Below are positions 63,830 through 64,000 of a stretch of 64,000 nt of DNA, piece after piece. Position 1 is the first letter of the stretch. Each line of letters opens with the position of its first letter. A program made the position numbers and the translations under genes. The stretch is from assembly GCA_024137785.1 (NCBI GenBank), contig JAHRHZ010000019.1, forward strand, positions 31,112,129 through 31,176,128, read 5' to 3'. This DNA comes from Ginglymostoma cirratum. Its lineage: Eukaryota. The notes beneath the pieces were generated by a model. The model made no database searches. It was not told the DNA's origin and was given only the letters and a program-made list of their open reading frames with translations.

Positions 63830-64000
63830 AGAACGTGGGGGGAGGGAGAAGCGAAAGGGAGAGGGGGGGGGAAGAGAACAGAGAGAGTCGGGTGAATGTA
63901 AGGGGTGGGGGGAGAACAGAGAGAGTCGGGTGAATGTAAGGGGTTGTTGCCCCTGCGGTGAGCGCTAGGACCTCGGAGGCGGGGTGCCCGCCGATGCGGA
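63830..64000. promoter_or_regulatory. Edge of a GC/CpG-rich region, likely adjoining the host gene's promoter or exon 1; includes a 33-bp direct repeat
   Basis: Sharp rise in GC and CpG, GC box ggcggg; gagaacagagagagtcgggtgaatgtaaggggt at 63874-63906 and 63912-63944. Confidence 0.6.

Overview
Eukaryotic, AT-rich, repeat-dense vertebrate DNA. The repeat families (HE1-type V-SINE, CR1/HER1-like LINEs, Deu-domain SINE remnants, abundant Penelope-like elements) point to a cartilaginous fish, probably a shark (inference). I find no intact protein-coding gene; most ORFs in the track are decayed retroelement fragments or chance frames. The window looks like the large 5' introns of a minus-strand gene. 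A GC/CpG-rich edge sits at about 63.8-64 kb, several short splice-site-bounded exons that are mostly non-coding lie at about 28.5, 18.4, 11.7, 3.7 and 2.6 kb, and a minus-strand acceptor falls at position 1. The host gene cannot be named from this sequence. The most striking structure is a set of young Penelope-like (PLE) insertions. They carry minimal hammerhead-ribozyme cores, target-site duplications and two stereotyped end-points 33 nt apart at a repeated GAGATAA motif, and include a 68-bp insertion made only of an inverted head plus the tail. Also notable are a recent 205-bp local templated duplication that replaced a LINE RT active-site segment, convergent CTCF-like motifs and an RFX-like site at a candidate alternative exon. 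There are two assembly gaps (572-715 and 58676-59075). I found no CRISPR array, rRNA or bona fide tRNA gene, and I cannot claim a wholly new biological system. Boundaries of old repeats are approximate.
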